DNA of 64,000 nucleotides from Patescibacteria group bacterium. Lineage in GTDB: Bacteria > Patescibacteriota > Microgenomatia > UBA10105 > UBA927. Positions 39,780 through 49,978 of this stretch are shown here, one piece after another; the first letter of the stretch is position 1; every line of letters starts with the position of its first letter. The stretch is taken from NCBI GenBank assembly GCA_041753515.1, contig JBGSUE010000040.1, positions 8,290-72,289 of the forward strand, in the 5' to 3' direction. The notes below the pieces were generated by a model that was not told the origin of the DNA, searched no databases, and saw only the letters and a list, made by a program, of their open reading frames with translations. A program made the translations under genes and the position numbers.

Positions 39780-40730
39780 CTAATTCATAATTCGTAATTC
39801 TTGTCTGTACCATTCAATTGTTTTCTTCAGACCTTCCTCGAGTAAAATTTTTGCCTTCCACCCGAGGACTTTTTCCGATTTTTCCGTACTCGCCTTCCAG
39901 TGATACGCATCCCATGCGCGCCCGGGATATGCATTTTTTACTATTTTTGATTGTGATCCAGCTTTACAAACTACTTTTTTTGCCAATTCATAGATCGTCG
40001 TTTCCTTCCCGGTGCCCAAATTAAACACTTCCCCATCCGCCCGTGATCCGGCTGATATGGTTTTCACTATTGCGCGGACAATATCATCCGTATGGATAAA
40101 ATCCCGTGCTTCGCGTCCAGTGGCAAGTTTAATGGGATTGTTTTGCAAGGCTGATTCTATAACACTTCGCACCAATCGTCCTTCTTCCTCAAACGGCCCG
40201 TAAATATTAAAAAACCTTAGAACAGTAATGGGTTTTTTGTGCCGCGTGGCATAATACTGGCACAAATGTGTTGCCGACGCTTTTGTAACCGCATAGAGGC
40301 TGTTTGGCATAATACGGTCATTCTCCATCATTGCCGTATCGCGGTATCCGTATTCGCTGGAACTTCCCGCAACAATAAATCGTTTATATGGAATATCCAC
40401 ACTCGCATCCAGAAGTCTCTTGAGTGTATTGATATTCACTTCAATCATTTTTGCCCACTCATCCTGTGATGGATATGCCCCGAATGCCGCAAGATGAATG
40501 ATTGCGTAGGGATGTGTATTTTGAAACAATTTTTCCAGTTGTTTTTCGTCTTTGAGAATACCTGTATAAAGTGTAATTTTTGACAGAAGATGACGAATTC
40601 TCCACACGTCTCCGCCGGACCGCACCGCAACATGAACATCCCACCCTCTTTGTACAAAATACTGAGTAACACTTGCTCCCACAAAACCTGCCCCGCCGGT
40701 AATAAAGACACTTTTTTTCATGTCACTCAA
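39780..40730 (-). CDS. NAD-dependent epimerase/dehydratase
   Basis: FITGGAGFVG, AGSSSEYG, YAVTK, NIYGP, RDFIHTDD. Confidence 0.92.
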   Translation of the reverse strand: MSDMKKSVFITGGAGFVGASVTQYFVQRGWDVHVAVRSGGDVWRIRHLLSKITLYTGILKDEKQLEKLFQNTHPYAIIHLAAFGAYPSQDEWAKMIEVNINTLKRLLDASVDIPYKRFIVAGSSSEYGYRDTAMMENDRIMPNSLYAVTKASATHLCQYYATRHKKPITVLRFFNIYGPFEEEGRLVRSVIESALQNNPIKLATGREARDFIHTDDIVRAIVKTISAGSRADGEVFNLGTGKETTIYELAKKVVCKAGSQSKIVKNAYPGRAWDAYHWKASTEKSEKVLGWKAKILLEEGLKKTIEWYRQELRIMN

Positions 40731-41796
40731 TAGACTTCACACGGGACAGTGCATGCATGATCCTGTTTCTGGCATTCGGAAGATAGGTGTTGTGCTTGAG
40801 CATATACCGCTCACGGATGAGCGCTTTGACCAGTGAGATCCGCAGATAATAGAGCCAAAAACGGAGGTCAAAATCTTCCGGCAGAGTTCTGATGCTTTTA
40901 TATCCGGAAAGAAATACATCAAACCACACTTCATGTTCAAAACACCCGGATCCGTAGTATGCGATATCATATACCGGATCGCCTGCCAGGCAATCTTCCC
41001 AATCAATAATAGCTGCAACTTTTCCGCCATTCACAAATGTATTATGATTTGCCACGTCTCCATGTAAGATTGACGGCTCAAACGGGGCAATCCGTGAAAA
41101 TTTCGAAAGCTGTGTTGCTATCTCCGTTGCCTCCTTTTGGGTGATAACCCCTACCAGACTGCAGGATTCGATGTGCGAAACCATATTGAGAATAAGGTAC
41201 GACATCCATGTTTCATGAAGTCCGTGTGGTTTTCCGTCAATGATGCTTTGGATTGAAATAGGCCCGAAACGGGACGTCTTCATTTCATGAATACTGGCGA
41301 TAAACGAACCCAATTGACCAAAAAGTGAAACGGGGATATCCGTATGGAGACTTCGGTCAAACAGCGTTTCTCCGGGCAGATCTTCAACAATCTGATAGTC
41401 AAACGGCACTAACGACCGTGTTGTATCAATGTCAATGATGGTCACATGAGGAAGGGATTTTTTTTCAAGCTCCAGCATCATCCAATGCTCGGTATAAAAC
41501 GATAATTCCCGGTAAAAATCTCCGGCAGCATTAATCCGTATAACGCGGCTGCCTTTATCGGTTTTTACCCTATAAACATAATGGAGAGTTCTGCGTGCAA
41601 GTTCGTCAATTTTTTCAATGTTTTCATTATGGCGGTCGGAAAAAATTTTCCGGATATCCGGTGTGTGGACATCAAGATGGGTATTTAAGATATCCACGGG
41701 ATATACCCCGTCAACTTTCGTAAAAAAGAATGTTTTCTGATACGCGGTAAACCGGTCAACTTCGTTTTTATCGATTGCGGACGCAGATATGTCCAT
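40723..41796 (-). CDS. APH/choline-kinase family phosphotransferase
   Basis: LHGDVANHN, IIDWED...GDP.YD. Confidence 0.88.
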   Translation of the reverse strand: MDISASAIDKNEVDRFTAYQKTFFFTKVDGVYPVDILNTHLDVHTPDIRKIFSDRHNENIEKIDELARRTLHYVYRVKTDKGSRVIRINAAGDFYRELSFYTEHWMMLELEKKSLPHVTIIDIDTTRSLVPFDYQIVEDLPGETLFDRSLHTDIPVSLFGQLGSFIASIHEMKTSRFGPISIQSIIDGKPHGLHETWMSYLILNMVSHIESCSLVGVITQKEATEIATQLSKFSRIAPFEPSILHGDVANHNTFVNGGKVAAIIDWEDCLAGDPVYDIAYYGSGCFEHEVWFDVFLSGYKSIRTLPEDFDLRFWLYYLRISLVKALIRERYMLKHNTYLPNARNRIMHALSRVKSIE

Positions 41797-41797
41797 A

Positions 41798-42745
41798 TCA
41801 TATGTTATCGTACCCCAAAACACGGTTAATTACCATGGACAGTGATTTTATTCGATTGTATTCACTTCTTGTCAGTTCTTTCACCGTTTGTATGTTTGCT
41901 TTTTCTGTCGGAATTTCAATTGTGCCCCACGGATACTGATGCTCCAGTCTTTTTCCGTTCCATGACGGATATGTCATGGTAGGGCTGTACGGAATACCCA
42001 ATTTTTTACACAGTTTTTTGAAAAATGCCTCTTTATCCTCCACCATATCCTCATACCGCACCACGAGCATATTCCTGGAATATGTATCGGCAAAAGAAAG
42101 TGCTGCCAGCTGAACCATACTCCATGTGCGTACATATCTGTCCAGTGAATACGGCACGGGGCGACGCTTAGTTTCTGCATACGCCGCATACGGATTGCGC
42201 ACAATATGCAGCATAATTGCATCGGGAAAATCGGAAACCATTTTATCCGTATCAACAGCTATGATCGGACTGTATCCGACAAATATCTTTTCTTTACCGG
42301 TTTTTTTGTATGTACTCCACGCTGCAAACGTTGAGCGGTAGTATGCTTCCACAAGATTTTTTCGGGTTCGGTCTTTCCCTTGCATCCAGGCGACAAATGC
42401 CTTTTTCCGGTCGGTATTCGTGCACCCCAGTTCAGACACATCCCGGAATTTAGAAACATGGCGCGTATTGACCATCACTTTAAATTCTTCGTCTATGATT
42501 GCATCATAATCACTGTCCACGGTGCCTTCTATCCCGAATTCCGGCCAGCGGTATTTTTGCGGAAAACAGCTCGTCATCCAATCGGCAATTTTAAATGTTC
42601 CGGGTTGGGATTCGTACGGATACACAAAAAGTTCCGGATGGGTGTCCAAATGCCGCTGAAGTGTGTTTCCACCGTTTTCGTACATGGCAGAAATCATGAC
42701 AAAACTGAATTTTTTCGGACCGAAATCGTACGTCTTTGTGCTCAT
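41798..42745 (-). CDS. Sulfotransferase-fold protein with a divergent P-loop
   Basis: ISAMYENGGNTLQRHLDTHP, HIVRNP, VVRYEDMV. Strong AAAGGAG RBS. Confidence 0.75.
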   Translation of the reverse strand: MSTKTYDFGPKKFSFVMISAMYENGGNTLQRHLDTHPELFVYPYESQPGTFKIADWMTSCFPQKYRWPEFGIEGTVDSDYDAIIDEEFKVMVNTRHVSKFRDVSELGCTNTDRKKAFVAWMQGKDRTRKNLVEAYYRSTFAAWSTYKKTGKEKIFVGYSPIIAVDTDKMVSDFPDAIMLHIVRNPYAAYAETKRRPVPYSLDRYVRTWSMVQLAALSFADTYSRNMLVVRYEDMVEDKEAFFKKLCKKLGIPYSPTMTYPSWNGKRLEHQYPWGTIEIPTEKANIQTVKELTRSEYNRIKSLSMVINRVLGYDNI

Positions 42746-42785
42746 TGCCCATACTCCTTTCAATTTTTATATTTCGATAATAGTA

Positions 42786-43526
42786 TCACAGACGTTTCAC
42801 AGCTCTCAAGGCCAAAAACAGAGGAATTTCCTTTCGTGCCCTGTTTTCCATATTTCCGTCTTTTCCCACGCTCTCCTTATCTGATGTCCATTCGTGAAAT
42901 GCATCAACAAAAAGCCCTGCGTCCCTGAGCATCGAAAAATAATCTGACAGTGGCCGATGAAATGTCCATGTGACAGGCGATTGTTTTTTACCGGGATGCA
43001 TGGAGATGGGAATGGACAGCGGACTCATATACCGGAAAATTTTTCTGTACTGGAGTTTATTTGCATCATCTATTCCCCATCCGCTCTGGCGCGGAATCCT
43101 GAAACACGGATGATTCATGACAATGACAAAAGACCCGCCGGGTTTTAACAACTTCGCGGCATTCCCGATCACTTTTTCCGGGTCTTCGATATTCTGAAGA
43201 GCCAGTATAATTGCGGCATGGGAATATATTCCATCCGGCAAAGAACCTGTGACATCATATACTTGATATGTATGCGCGCGATCTTTCTGGCGGGCAATAC
43301 GGATGAGATCGGGCGCGATATCATATCCTGTATAGGAAACACCTTTGGGTATCCCTCTTCCGAGAATTCCCTCTCCGCAGCCCAAATCCAATAAAGAATC
43401 ACCAGATTTCAAATTTAGTAATTTCAGAACACCGGAAAGTATGACATGCTCATGAAAATACTGCCCCTTTTTCCCCATACTCTCCCCATACCACGTACTC
43501 ACCTTATTCCATGATGTTTGTTTCAT
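42786..43526 (-). CDS. Class I SAM-dependent methyltransferase
   Basis: LLDLGCGEG, GYDIA, LKPGG.F...NHPCF, FHRPLS. Confidence 0.92.
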   Translation of the reverse strand: MKQTSWNKVSTWYGESMGKKGQYFHEHVILSGVLKLLNLKSGDSLLDLGCGEGILGRGIPKGVSYTGYDIAPDLIRIARQKDRAHTYQVYDVTGSLPDGIYSHAAIILALQNIEDPEKVIGNAAKLLKPGGSFVIVMNHPCFRIPRQSGWGIDDANKLQYRKIFRYMSPLSIPISMHPGKKQSPVTWTFHRPLSDYFSMLRDAGLFVDAFHEWTSDKESVGKDGNMENRARKEIPLFLALRAVKRL

Positions 43527-44194
43527 ATGTGTAATCGAAATACTATCATCCACCTCACCATTTCCCAGACGGTTTTGAGGCGGGTTGTGGATGATCCGGT
43601 ATCGCGAATCAGCGATGGAGCCGGAATTTCATACCATGTCAGTCCCCTCTTTTTCAAGGCAAGAAGAAGCTCAAGATCGACAGCAATATTGTTGGCCGTC
43701 AGCGGTATGGACTTCAGCAGTTTTGTTTCCAGAAGTTTGGGTGTTGCGTTCACGTCTTGTGTATCAATTCCAAACAGTATTCTTGCGAGAATATTATATA
43801 TCCGGGAATTCAGGAGTCTCGTCCCGTTTTCGCGTGTTGTGCGCCAAATTTTTACCAATGCTGCATGTTTTCTGATTTCATACAATTTTTCGATATATTC
43901 AGGATCAATCTGACCATCAGACACCATGTAGCACGTATACATTCCACCCGCTTTTTGGATGCCTTTCCTCACCGCATTCCCCCATCCGATCTGTGATTGC
44001 ATAACTACAAGTTCTTTAATTTTTTTTTGCAGACTTTTCAAAACAGACAAAGTAATATCAGTTGATCCGTTTTCCATACAGATAATTTCATACGAAATTT
44101 TCAGTTTTTTGAGAACCGCAATAATTGTTTTCAGATTTTTTTCTATCCCTGCCGACTCATTATGGACGGGAAGGATGACGGTTAAATCCACCAT
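43523..44194 (-). CDS. GT2 DPM1-like synthase
   Basis: TVILPVHNE, ENGSTD, GWGNAVRKG, SDGQ, DVNATPK, DLELL. Confidence 0.88.
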   Translation of the reverse strand: MVDLTVILPVHNESAGIEKNLKTIIAVLKKLKISYEIICMENGSTDITLSVLKSLQKKIKELVVMQSQIGWGNAVRKGIQKAGGMYTCYMVSDGQIDPEYIEKLYEIRKHAALVKIWRTTRENGTRLLNSRIYNILARILFGIDTQDVNATPKLLETKLLKSIPLTANNIAVDLELLLALKKRGLTWYEIPAPSLIRDTGSSTTRLKTVWEMVRWMIVFRLHI

Positions 44195-44274
44195 GGAACA
44201 TACTATAGCAAAAATAACTCCAGAAACCTATCTTGTATCTTGATTTAAATATAACTATAGGATAAAATCCTCCC

Positions 44275-45636
44275 ATGACAATTGAAAAAGAACACGGATC
44301 TGTGGAATTTATGAATCTGCCTCACACAGTTGAATCCTGGATTATGCATCCGCCTGCTGGCGGATCACTGGGAATTGAAACATTTACAATAGAAACCCCA
44401 ATTCGACCGGTTGAAATCACCATAAAACAGGCAGTCAAAGCCGAGCAGGTTGGAAATCCTCTCAAAGCCGGGTGCGGCGACGTTGCAGCAGTATTTCACA
44501 CATCTTACCCGCTTGCTTATCCCTCGACACCAGATAATTGTGCCCATATTACCGGTATCGTATGCAGGGATTTTCTGTCCCACGCGCCATCTGATTTACC
44601 ATTCTGGGAGAAAATGAAATCCGATCCTAAAATTTTGGATCATGCCGAAAGTAATGGTGTACCTATACTGAAAACTGACAGCATCGACTCCTGGACCGCT
44701 GGAAAATTGAGAACACCCAATGATTACGGTCAACTATTGATGAGTTCTCTACCATTTGACCATATGATCAATGTGGCACGCAATCCCAGATATTTCCCTT
44801 ATCTACATAAACTTGTTGAATTGGAATCGATACGTTATCAGGGCGGTGATATATCTCTGCGCACCTGCATCGACATGACTAAGAGAGTGGAACGTGTTGA
44901 TGATATTGTGCTTGACCCAATTGATAAAGTTATAACGCATGCAGTAAATACTCTTAAACATGTACCGTCTGTTGGATTTGGCGGTGACATCCAAACTCTA
45001 GCCTTTATCATCCAGATGCCTGGCAACCAGGGCGCTATACTCGCACTTCTGCGAAGCAACGCAGACGAGGTGACACGGATTAAACCGGCATCAGATCTAC
45101 CTTGGCTTCTTTTTGCTGACAATACAAATTTTCTCATGGAAGATCAGCGTATAAATTCCGAACATCGTCCCGAACATACGGATTTCAACTACAAGGCAGC
45201 AGGGTATTGGATGACAGGAGCCGGTGGCTGGAGACGGCGACGAATGATTCCTTCCGTAGCCAATAAAGGATTGCCTCGCTATACATTGTCCATTTTTTCG
45301 ATCCCTGCTGATTCAGACATGCAAATCGAAACGGTTACCGACGGTATGATATTTTCCCCCTTTGAATTAAACCGTTCTTATGGACAACTTGAAGATCAAA
45401 AAAGTCTTTTTCATATTCTTCATCGATACCTTCAATCAGGCAATCGCGAGTCATATCAGCGACAAATTACATTACTGCAAAGAATAAAACCTGAGGGTTG
45501 GATTATCAGGAATCCTGATGTTATGAATCTCTCGACATTAGTCAAAGCTGAAGAATATATTAGTTTTCTGCAGATAAAAAAGGATCTGGAACAGCCGTTT
45601 GATGATGCGACATTTATCGGCGCAAAAGTAGTATAA
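44275..45636 (+). CDS. Divergent PP2C/SpoIIE-like (PPM) phosphatase-fold protein
   Basis: Motifs in PPM order: GCGD, VCRDFLSH, VTDGM and C-terminal DDATFI. Confidence 0.55.
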   Translation: MTIEKEHGSVEFMNLPHTVESWIMHPPAGGSLGIETFTIETPIRPVEITIKQAVKAEQVGNPLKAGCGDVAAVFHTSYPLAYPSTPDNCAHITGIVCRDFLSHAPSDLPFWEKMKSDPKILDHAESNGVPILKTDSIDSWTAGKLRTPNDYGQLLMSSLPFDHMINVARNPRYFPYLHKLVELESIRYQGGDISLRTCIDMTKRVERVDDIVLDPIDKVITHAVNTLKHVPSVGFGGDIQTLAFIIQMPGNQGAILALLRSNADEVTRIKPASDLPWLLFADNTNFLMEDQRINSEHRPEHTDFNYKAAGYWMTGAGGWRRRRMIPSVANKGLPRYTLSIFSIPADSDMQIETVTDGMIFSPFELNRSYGQLEDQKSLFHILHRYLQSGNRESYQRQITLLQRIKPEGWIIRNPDVMNLSTLVKAEEYISFLQIKKDLEQPFDDATFIGAKVV

Positions 45637-47638
45637 GGCAGCAAACAGTAACCAAGGATATTGCTAAACCCGTCAAAAACGATTCAGGTACAAATGTAAA
45701 TTCTACCACATGTTCACCCCCGGGAACTTCTACTGCACGGAAGGCAAGATTGTTTGTGATGACTGGTACCCGTTTGCCGTCGATGTACGCCCGCCAACCC
45801 GGATACATGACTTCACTTGTGGCAAGATAGGCGTTGCATGGAGAGTTGAGCGTTAAGCGTACAGAGTTAAGCGTTATGCGATCTTGGATAATTTTCGAAG
45901 TACTAACGTCTTCACAATCATTTGAAGTTTTATCCGTAACAAGAAGTGTTGTCTGCGGATCATACTTCCGTGACCGGATTGCGGCGGCGACTTCTTGCCT
46001 GTCTGAAAAAGTTTTCGCCTCCCCCGCAATATAAAACCGCGGTAGGACAGCCGAATTCTCATACAGACGTAGTCCGTAAGTGTCACTTGTATAAAGGAGT
46101 TTATACTGACTATTGCCTATTAACGTATCATACGCAAACGGAACAAGAACATACTGGACGTTAAGAAAATTTACATATGGAGATGTCATGTCCACATATG
46201 GAATTTGGACGTTGTGCGATAAAATACTCGACGTTTCACTTCCGTTTGACGCATCAATAAAATCATAATAATTTGAAAGCATCGACGGATCGTACCCAGT
46301 TGCCGACTCAACTCCATACACTATGCCAGCATCAAAATCGAATGCATTACGCTCTTGAATCCAGTTTGCATAATTCGGGAGTATCCGTCCGTTTTTTAAA
46401 GATCGTATTGTTGAATCATATGTCAACTCCGGCAAAGGTTTGATTTCAATCAGATGTTTTGCAGGGATATACAGTTCTATAAACAAAATACAGACAAACA
46501 GACCACGCAGCCAACTTTTCCGCACAAGCGAAAATCCTGTTCCTGCAAGACACGATACCGCAAAAACGGACAATACCATGTGACGCGCCGGAAAACGGAT
46601 ATGCCTATATAACGGCATCAGTTCGTATAGTATTTTATTTCCGTCTACTGGGCTGTTTGGTCCAAATGAAATCCAAAGTGCAAACAATGCGATGAGTGCA
46701 AATCCGATAGTACGCTTTTTTATTAATGCATACACGGCCAAAAACAGTGCTGTAACACTGAAAAAGAAAGCTTGTTCATGATAGTTTGGCGGAGGCCCTA
46801 CAAATGTTGTTTGATCTCCTAAGATAAACGGACTAAACAATTGTTGAAGCGATGAGGGGACAAGCGATCCCACGCTCACCCACTCATACGGAAAATCGGT
46901 ACTGCGCACACTTTTTCCCATAAATTCCGCCTGCGGCAACAACTGGAATGCGGACAGCAATAGCGCAAGACACAAAGATATCGACATAACGACAAAAGAT
47001 TTCACTGATTTTTGCAGAAGCATGAGAATACCGACGGCTTCGAGTGTAAACATAGCGACAGTCTGATATCCTGCAAGAATCTGAAAAGCAAGAGATACTG
47101 CTGCCAGAAGAATATGTTTCCGTGTCGGTGTACGAAACAGTAACATGAAACTACCAATGACAAACGGTATAAGCGCGCTTGCCGCCACTGTATCTGCGTG
47201 TCCGGCCCAAGTGCGGGCCAGAAAATACTGGGACAATCCGAACGCCAGTGATGCACCGATTGCACTTACCGTATCAAGCCGGAGGACTTTTTTTGAAAAC
47301 CAGTACATTGCCCAGAGGGCGATAAATATATGTATCGCAAACGTCCAACCGTATGCCGCATTGAACGGCATGAAAAAAAATTTCCAGTTGACCGGATAAA
47401 AAGCGGCAACAGACGGATTTGCGGCATACGGCATGCCGGAAAATACATACGGATTCCACCACGGGAATTGTCCGGATAGAATGCTGCCCACAAAATACCT
47501 GCGGAAAAAACCGTAGGAGCGCCACATGTCATCGGCAAACAGTGCATACCCGTCGGGGGGGAATAAAACCTGACCAAATAAAAACAGAACAACCGAGACA
47601 AACAGAAGAAAAATAATTATAGATTCTTTTATCCACAT
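45614..47638 (-). CDS. YfhO-like GT-C membrane protein
   Basis: PWWNPY.FSGMP..AN....FYP, IRFPAR, ENSAVLPR, SEVMYPGWRAYIDG, FRAVEVPGGEHVVEF. Confidence 0.88.
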   Translation of the reverse strand: MWIKESIIIFLLFVSVVLFLFGQVLFPPDGYALFADDMWRSYGFFRRYFVGSILSGQFPWWNPYVFSGMPYAANPSVAAFYPVNWKFFFMPFNAAYGWTFAIHIFIALWAMYWFSKKVLRLDTVSAIGASLAFGLSQYFLARTWAGHADTVAASALIPFVIGSFMLLFRTPTRKHILLAAVSLAFQILAGYQTVAMFTLEAVGILMLLQKSVKSFVVMSISLCLALLLSAFQLLPQAEFMGKSVRSTDFPYEWVSVGSLVPSSLQQLFSPFILGDQTTFVGPPPNYHEQAFFFSVTALFLAVYALIKKRTIGFALIALFALWISFGPNSPVDGNKILYELMPLYRHIRFPARHMVLSVFAVSCLAGTGFSLVRKSWLRGLFVCILFIELYIPAKHLIEIKPLPELTYDSTIRSLKNGRILPNYANWIQERNAFDFDAGIVYGVESATGYDPSMLSNYYDFIDASNGSETSSILSHNVQIPYVDMTSPYVNFLNVQYVLVPFAYDTLIGNSQYKLLYTSDTYGLRLYENSAVLPRFYIAGEAKTFSDRQEVAAAIRSRKYDPQTTLLVTDKTSNDCEDVSTSKIIQDRITLNSVRLTLNSPCNAYLATSEVMYPGWRAYIDGKRVPVITNNLAFRAVEVPGGEHVVEFTFVPESFLTGLAISLVTVCCLILLLRR

Positions 47639-47647
47639 TTACATATG

Positions 47648-47731
47648 TGACATCGCGAGCCAAGCTCAGCTTGGCGTGGCGATCCCGTTTAAATTACGGG
47701 ATTGCTTCGTCGATGACTTCTCGCAATGACA
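47648..47731. repeat. Palindromic element 7 (TCGCGAG subtype)
   Basis: TGACATCGCGAGCCAAGCTCAGCTTGGCGTGGCGATCCC..GGGATTGCTTCGTC..CTCGCAATGACA. Confidence 0.88.
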
Positions 47732-47744
47732 GTAAAAATCTTAT

Positions 47745-48605
47745 TCATTTTTTCCGGGCTACTACTGCGATATTATCATACATCGGCAGGTAAACAGGAA
47801 CACTTTCAACTCCCAACTTCTTAATGAGACGATTCAAAAATCCCAATCCCGGCCAGTCTGCACTCGTTGCCGCAAGGTGAAATATATAGGCAAGTGAAAG
47901 CCATTTCCCTATCCGATACCAGGTAACCGGCATAAATCCCGATCGCGACAGCACTGTACGGATTCCTACTTTGTTAAAACAATGTATATGCTGTGGAGGC
48001 GTAAAAAATGTCCAGTGTTCCCTCAATATTTTTGCAGCAACACTATTTGTGTCACCGGTTGCTACCAGTAGTATTCCGTCTTTTTTCAGCCACGAATAGA
48101 CTTTTTTCAGATTACCTACCGGATCCTCAAGATGTTCGAATACGTCAAGCATGGTAATGACGTCAAATGACTCTTTGGGATATGTGACGGAAGTAATCGT
48201 CCCGACCTGAATATGACTGTTTAAAAACTTCGGCGCCCGTGATACCGCAAAGTCGGAAGGATCAAACCCATATACATCAAAACCTTTCTCACTCATCAGT
48301 TCCATAAAAAATCCCATCGCACACCCGATATCCAGAAGTTTCCCTTTCTTTTTGTACTGCGCAATTACTTTCGTATGATGGTTCCAGTTCCGGGTGATAA
48401 ACCGCTTATCCTCTTCATACTGGGCATACGCTCCGCATTCCTCCTCACCGCGGAAATACCCTTTGCGGTAAAATTTACGGACAAACGGTTCGTAGGACTG
48501 CTTCAGGTTCGTGGACACCAAATGGCAGCTGGGGCACCGGTACATATCCCACCCGCGTTTGGTAAACATAAGGGACATTTTTGAAGAACACAGGTAACAC
48601 TTCAT
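47745..48605 (-). CDS. SAM methyltransferase with N-terminal CxxC..CxxC zinc finger (start corrected to 48605)
   Basis: MKCYLC..RCPSC, LLDIGCAMG, FDVITMLDVFEHL, PPQH. Confidence 0.9.
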   Translation of the reverse strand: MKCYLCSSKMSLMFTKRGWDMYRCPSCHLVSTNLKQSYEPFVRKFYRKGYFRGEEECGAYAQYEEDKRFITRNWNHHTKVIAQYKKKGKLLDIGCAMGFFMELMSEKGFDVYGFDPSDFAVSRAPKFLNSHIQVGTITSVTYPKESFDVITMLDVFEHLEDPVGNLKKVYSWLKKDGILLVATGDTNSVAAKILREHWTFFTPPQHIHCFNKVGIRTVLSRSGFMPVTWYRIGKWLSLAYIFHLAATSADWPGLGFLNRLIKKLGVESVPVYLPMYDNIAVVARKK

Positions 48606-48610
48606 AATTT

Positions 48611-49885
48611 TTAAAGTATACCAGAAGCTATCCGCAATTTTCTTGCAAGCACGGCTACCCCATTGACTGAAGACAGAATCAGGAATGCATAAAACGGAAT
48701 AGTAATCCTGTATTCGGCATGGGTCAGGGAAAACGTAAGCGTGCCATAGAGTACTGTCCCGATAATGCTCATCCACACAAACCGTTGTATCTTATTTTTG
48801 GCCTTTACGGCTCCATTTACCATACCAATACCGGCAGTGAGTAAAAGCAGGATGTTGCCCGCGTATACGATACGGCGTGTTTGTTCAAAAAACGGTTCCT
48901 TATAAAAGAAAATATTCTCTTTCTGCCATACATACCACATCTTGAAAAACCGCCATCGGATATAATCCACGGGATCTTTTTTTATAAGATCCCACGCTTT
49001 GTTAAAATATTTCTCTGCCATAGCTTTTCGCTCTTGCGGTCCCCTCTCCGGATAATATTCACTGTAATATTCCCAAAACATCTGCATCGTTTCAACAGGA
49101 TAGATGTATGTAAAAGGAGGCAATACTTTCAGGATTACCCCGTTGTACATTTCCTTGGCATAAAAACTGTCTACCGTTGTGGCACTCACCTGCCCGTACG
49201 TTGTCCAGTTAACGTAAAGAGGATATATCATACTGACAATCATGCCCGCAAAAATTGCCGCGACCGTTGCTTTTTTCACTATCCATGAATGCGCCAGATA
49301 GACGGCGCATACAATGGGTATAATCGTCCAGGCAAATGCGGCATTGCGCGTTTCGGCAGCCATACCGGCCGAAAAACCGAAGAGAATACCGGTGAACACT
49401 GAGGGTTTCTGTATATACCACACTCCGGATACCAATGTGAGTGTAATGAAAAACGTGGTGAGCACTTCCGACAACCCTACCCCCACATAACCGCTGGTAA
49501 ACGGATTTACGGCATACAAAAACATACCCGCAAACGGCAAGATTGTTATTTTTCCAGAAGCTTTACGCAGAAGAATATACACAAAGACAGCAGTCATTGC
49601 ATCCATCAGAGCCTGCGCACGGAATAATGCATCGTGGTCTGCCCAAGCAGTCAGTTTATATACAAGAGTCATGAATAACGGGTACGGATACGAACGGTAT
49701 GTGTGGGCTGCCAACAGATTCGGGCTCCAGTACATTTTGATGGCATACCGCTCATATTCTTCCTGGTCCCATGCAAACGGTTGGGGCGCAAGAGTGATAA
49801 ACCACAAGCGGAATGCGATGGCAAAGACGAATACGAAACATACAAAAAAAACTTCCTTCATTGATTTATAATATTGTTCATTCAT
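48611..49885 (-). CDS. GT-C membrane glycosyltransferase, family B
   Basis: APQPFAWDQEEY, RSYPYPLF, NPFTS, WQKENIFFY, HAEYR. Close paralog of 54275. Confidence 0.8.
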   Translation of the reverse strand: MNEQYYKSMKEVFFVCFVFVFAIAFRLWFITLAPQPFAWDQEEYERYAIKMYWSPNLLAAHTYRSYPYPLFMTLVYKLTAWADHDALFRAQALMDAMTAVFVYILLRKASGKITILPFAGMFLYAVNPFTSGYVGVGLSEVLTTFFITLTLVSGVWYIQKPSVFTGILFGFSAGMAAETRNAAFAWTIIPIVCAVYLAHSWIVKKATVAAIFAGMIVSMIYPLYVNWTTYGQVSATTVDSFYAKEMYNGVILKVLPPFTYIYPVETMQMFWEYYSEYYPERGPQERKAMAEKYFNKAWDLIKKDPVDYIRWRFFKMWYVWQKENIFFYKEPFFEQTRRIVYAGNILLLLTAGIGMVNGAVKAKNKIQRFVWMSIIGTVLYGTLTFSLTHAEYRITIPFYAFLILSSVNGVAVLARKLRIASGIL

Positions 49886-49901
49886 AAATGTATTTATTTA
49901 T

Positions 49902-49977
49902 TGTCATTCTGAACGAAGTGAAGAATCTCGTAGTAGATTAGATCCTTCATCCGCCTGTTGGCGGATTCAGGATGACA
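49902..49977. repeat. TGTC-tagged palindromic element 8, with nested TCCGCCTGTTGGCGGA
   Basis: TGTCATTCTGAACGAAGTGAAGAATCT..AGATCCTTC..TTCAGGATGACA. Confidence 0.9.
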
Positions 49978-49978
49978 T

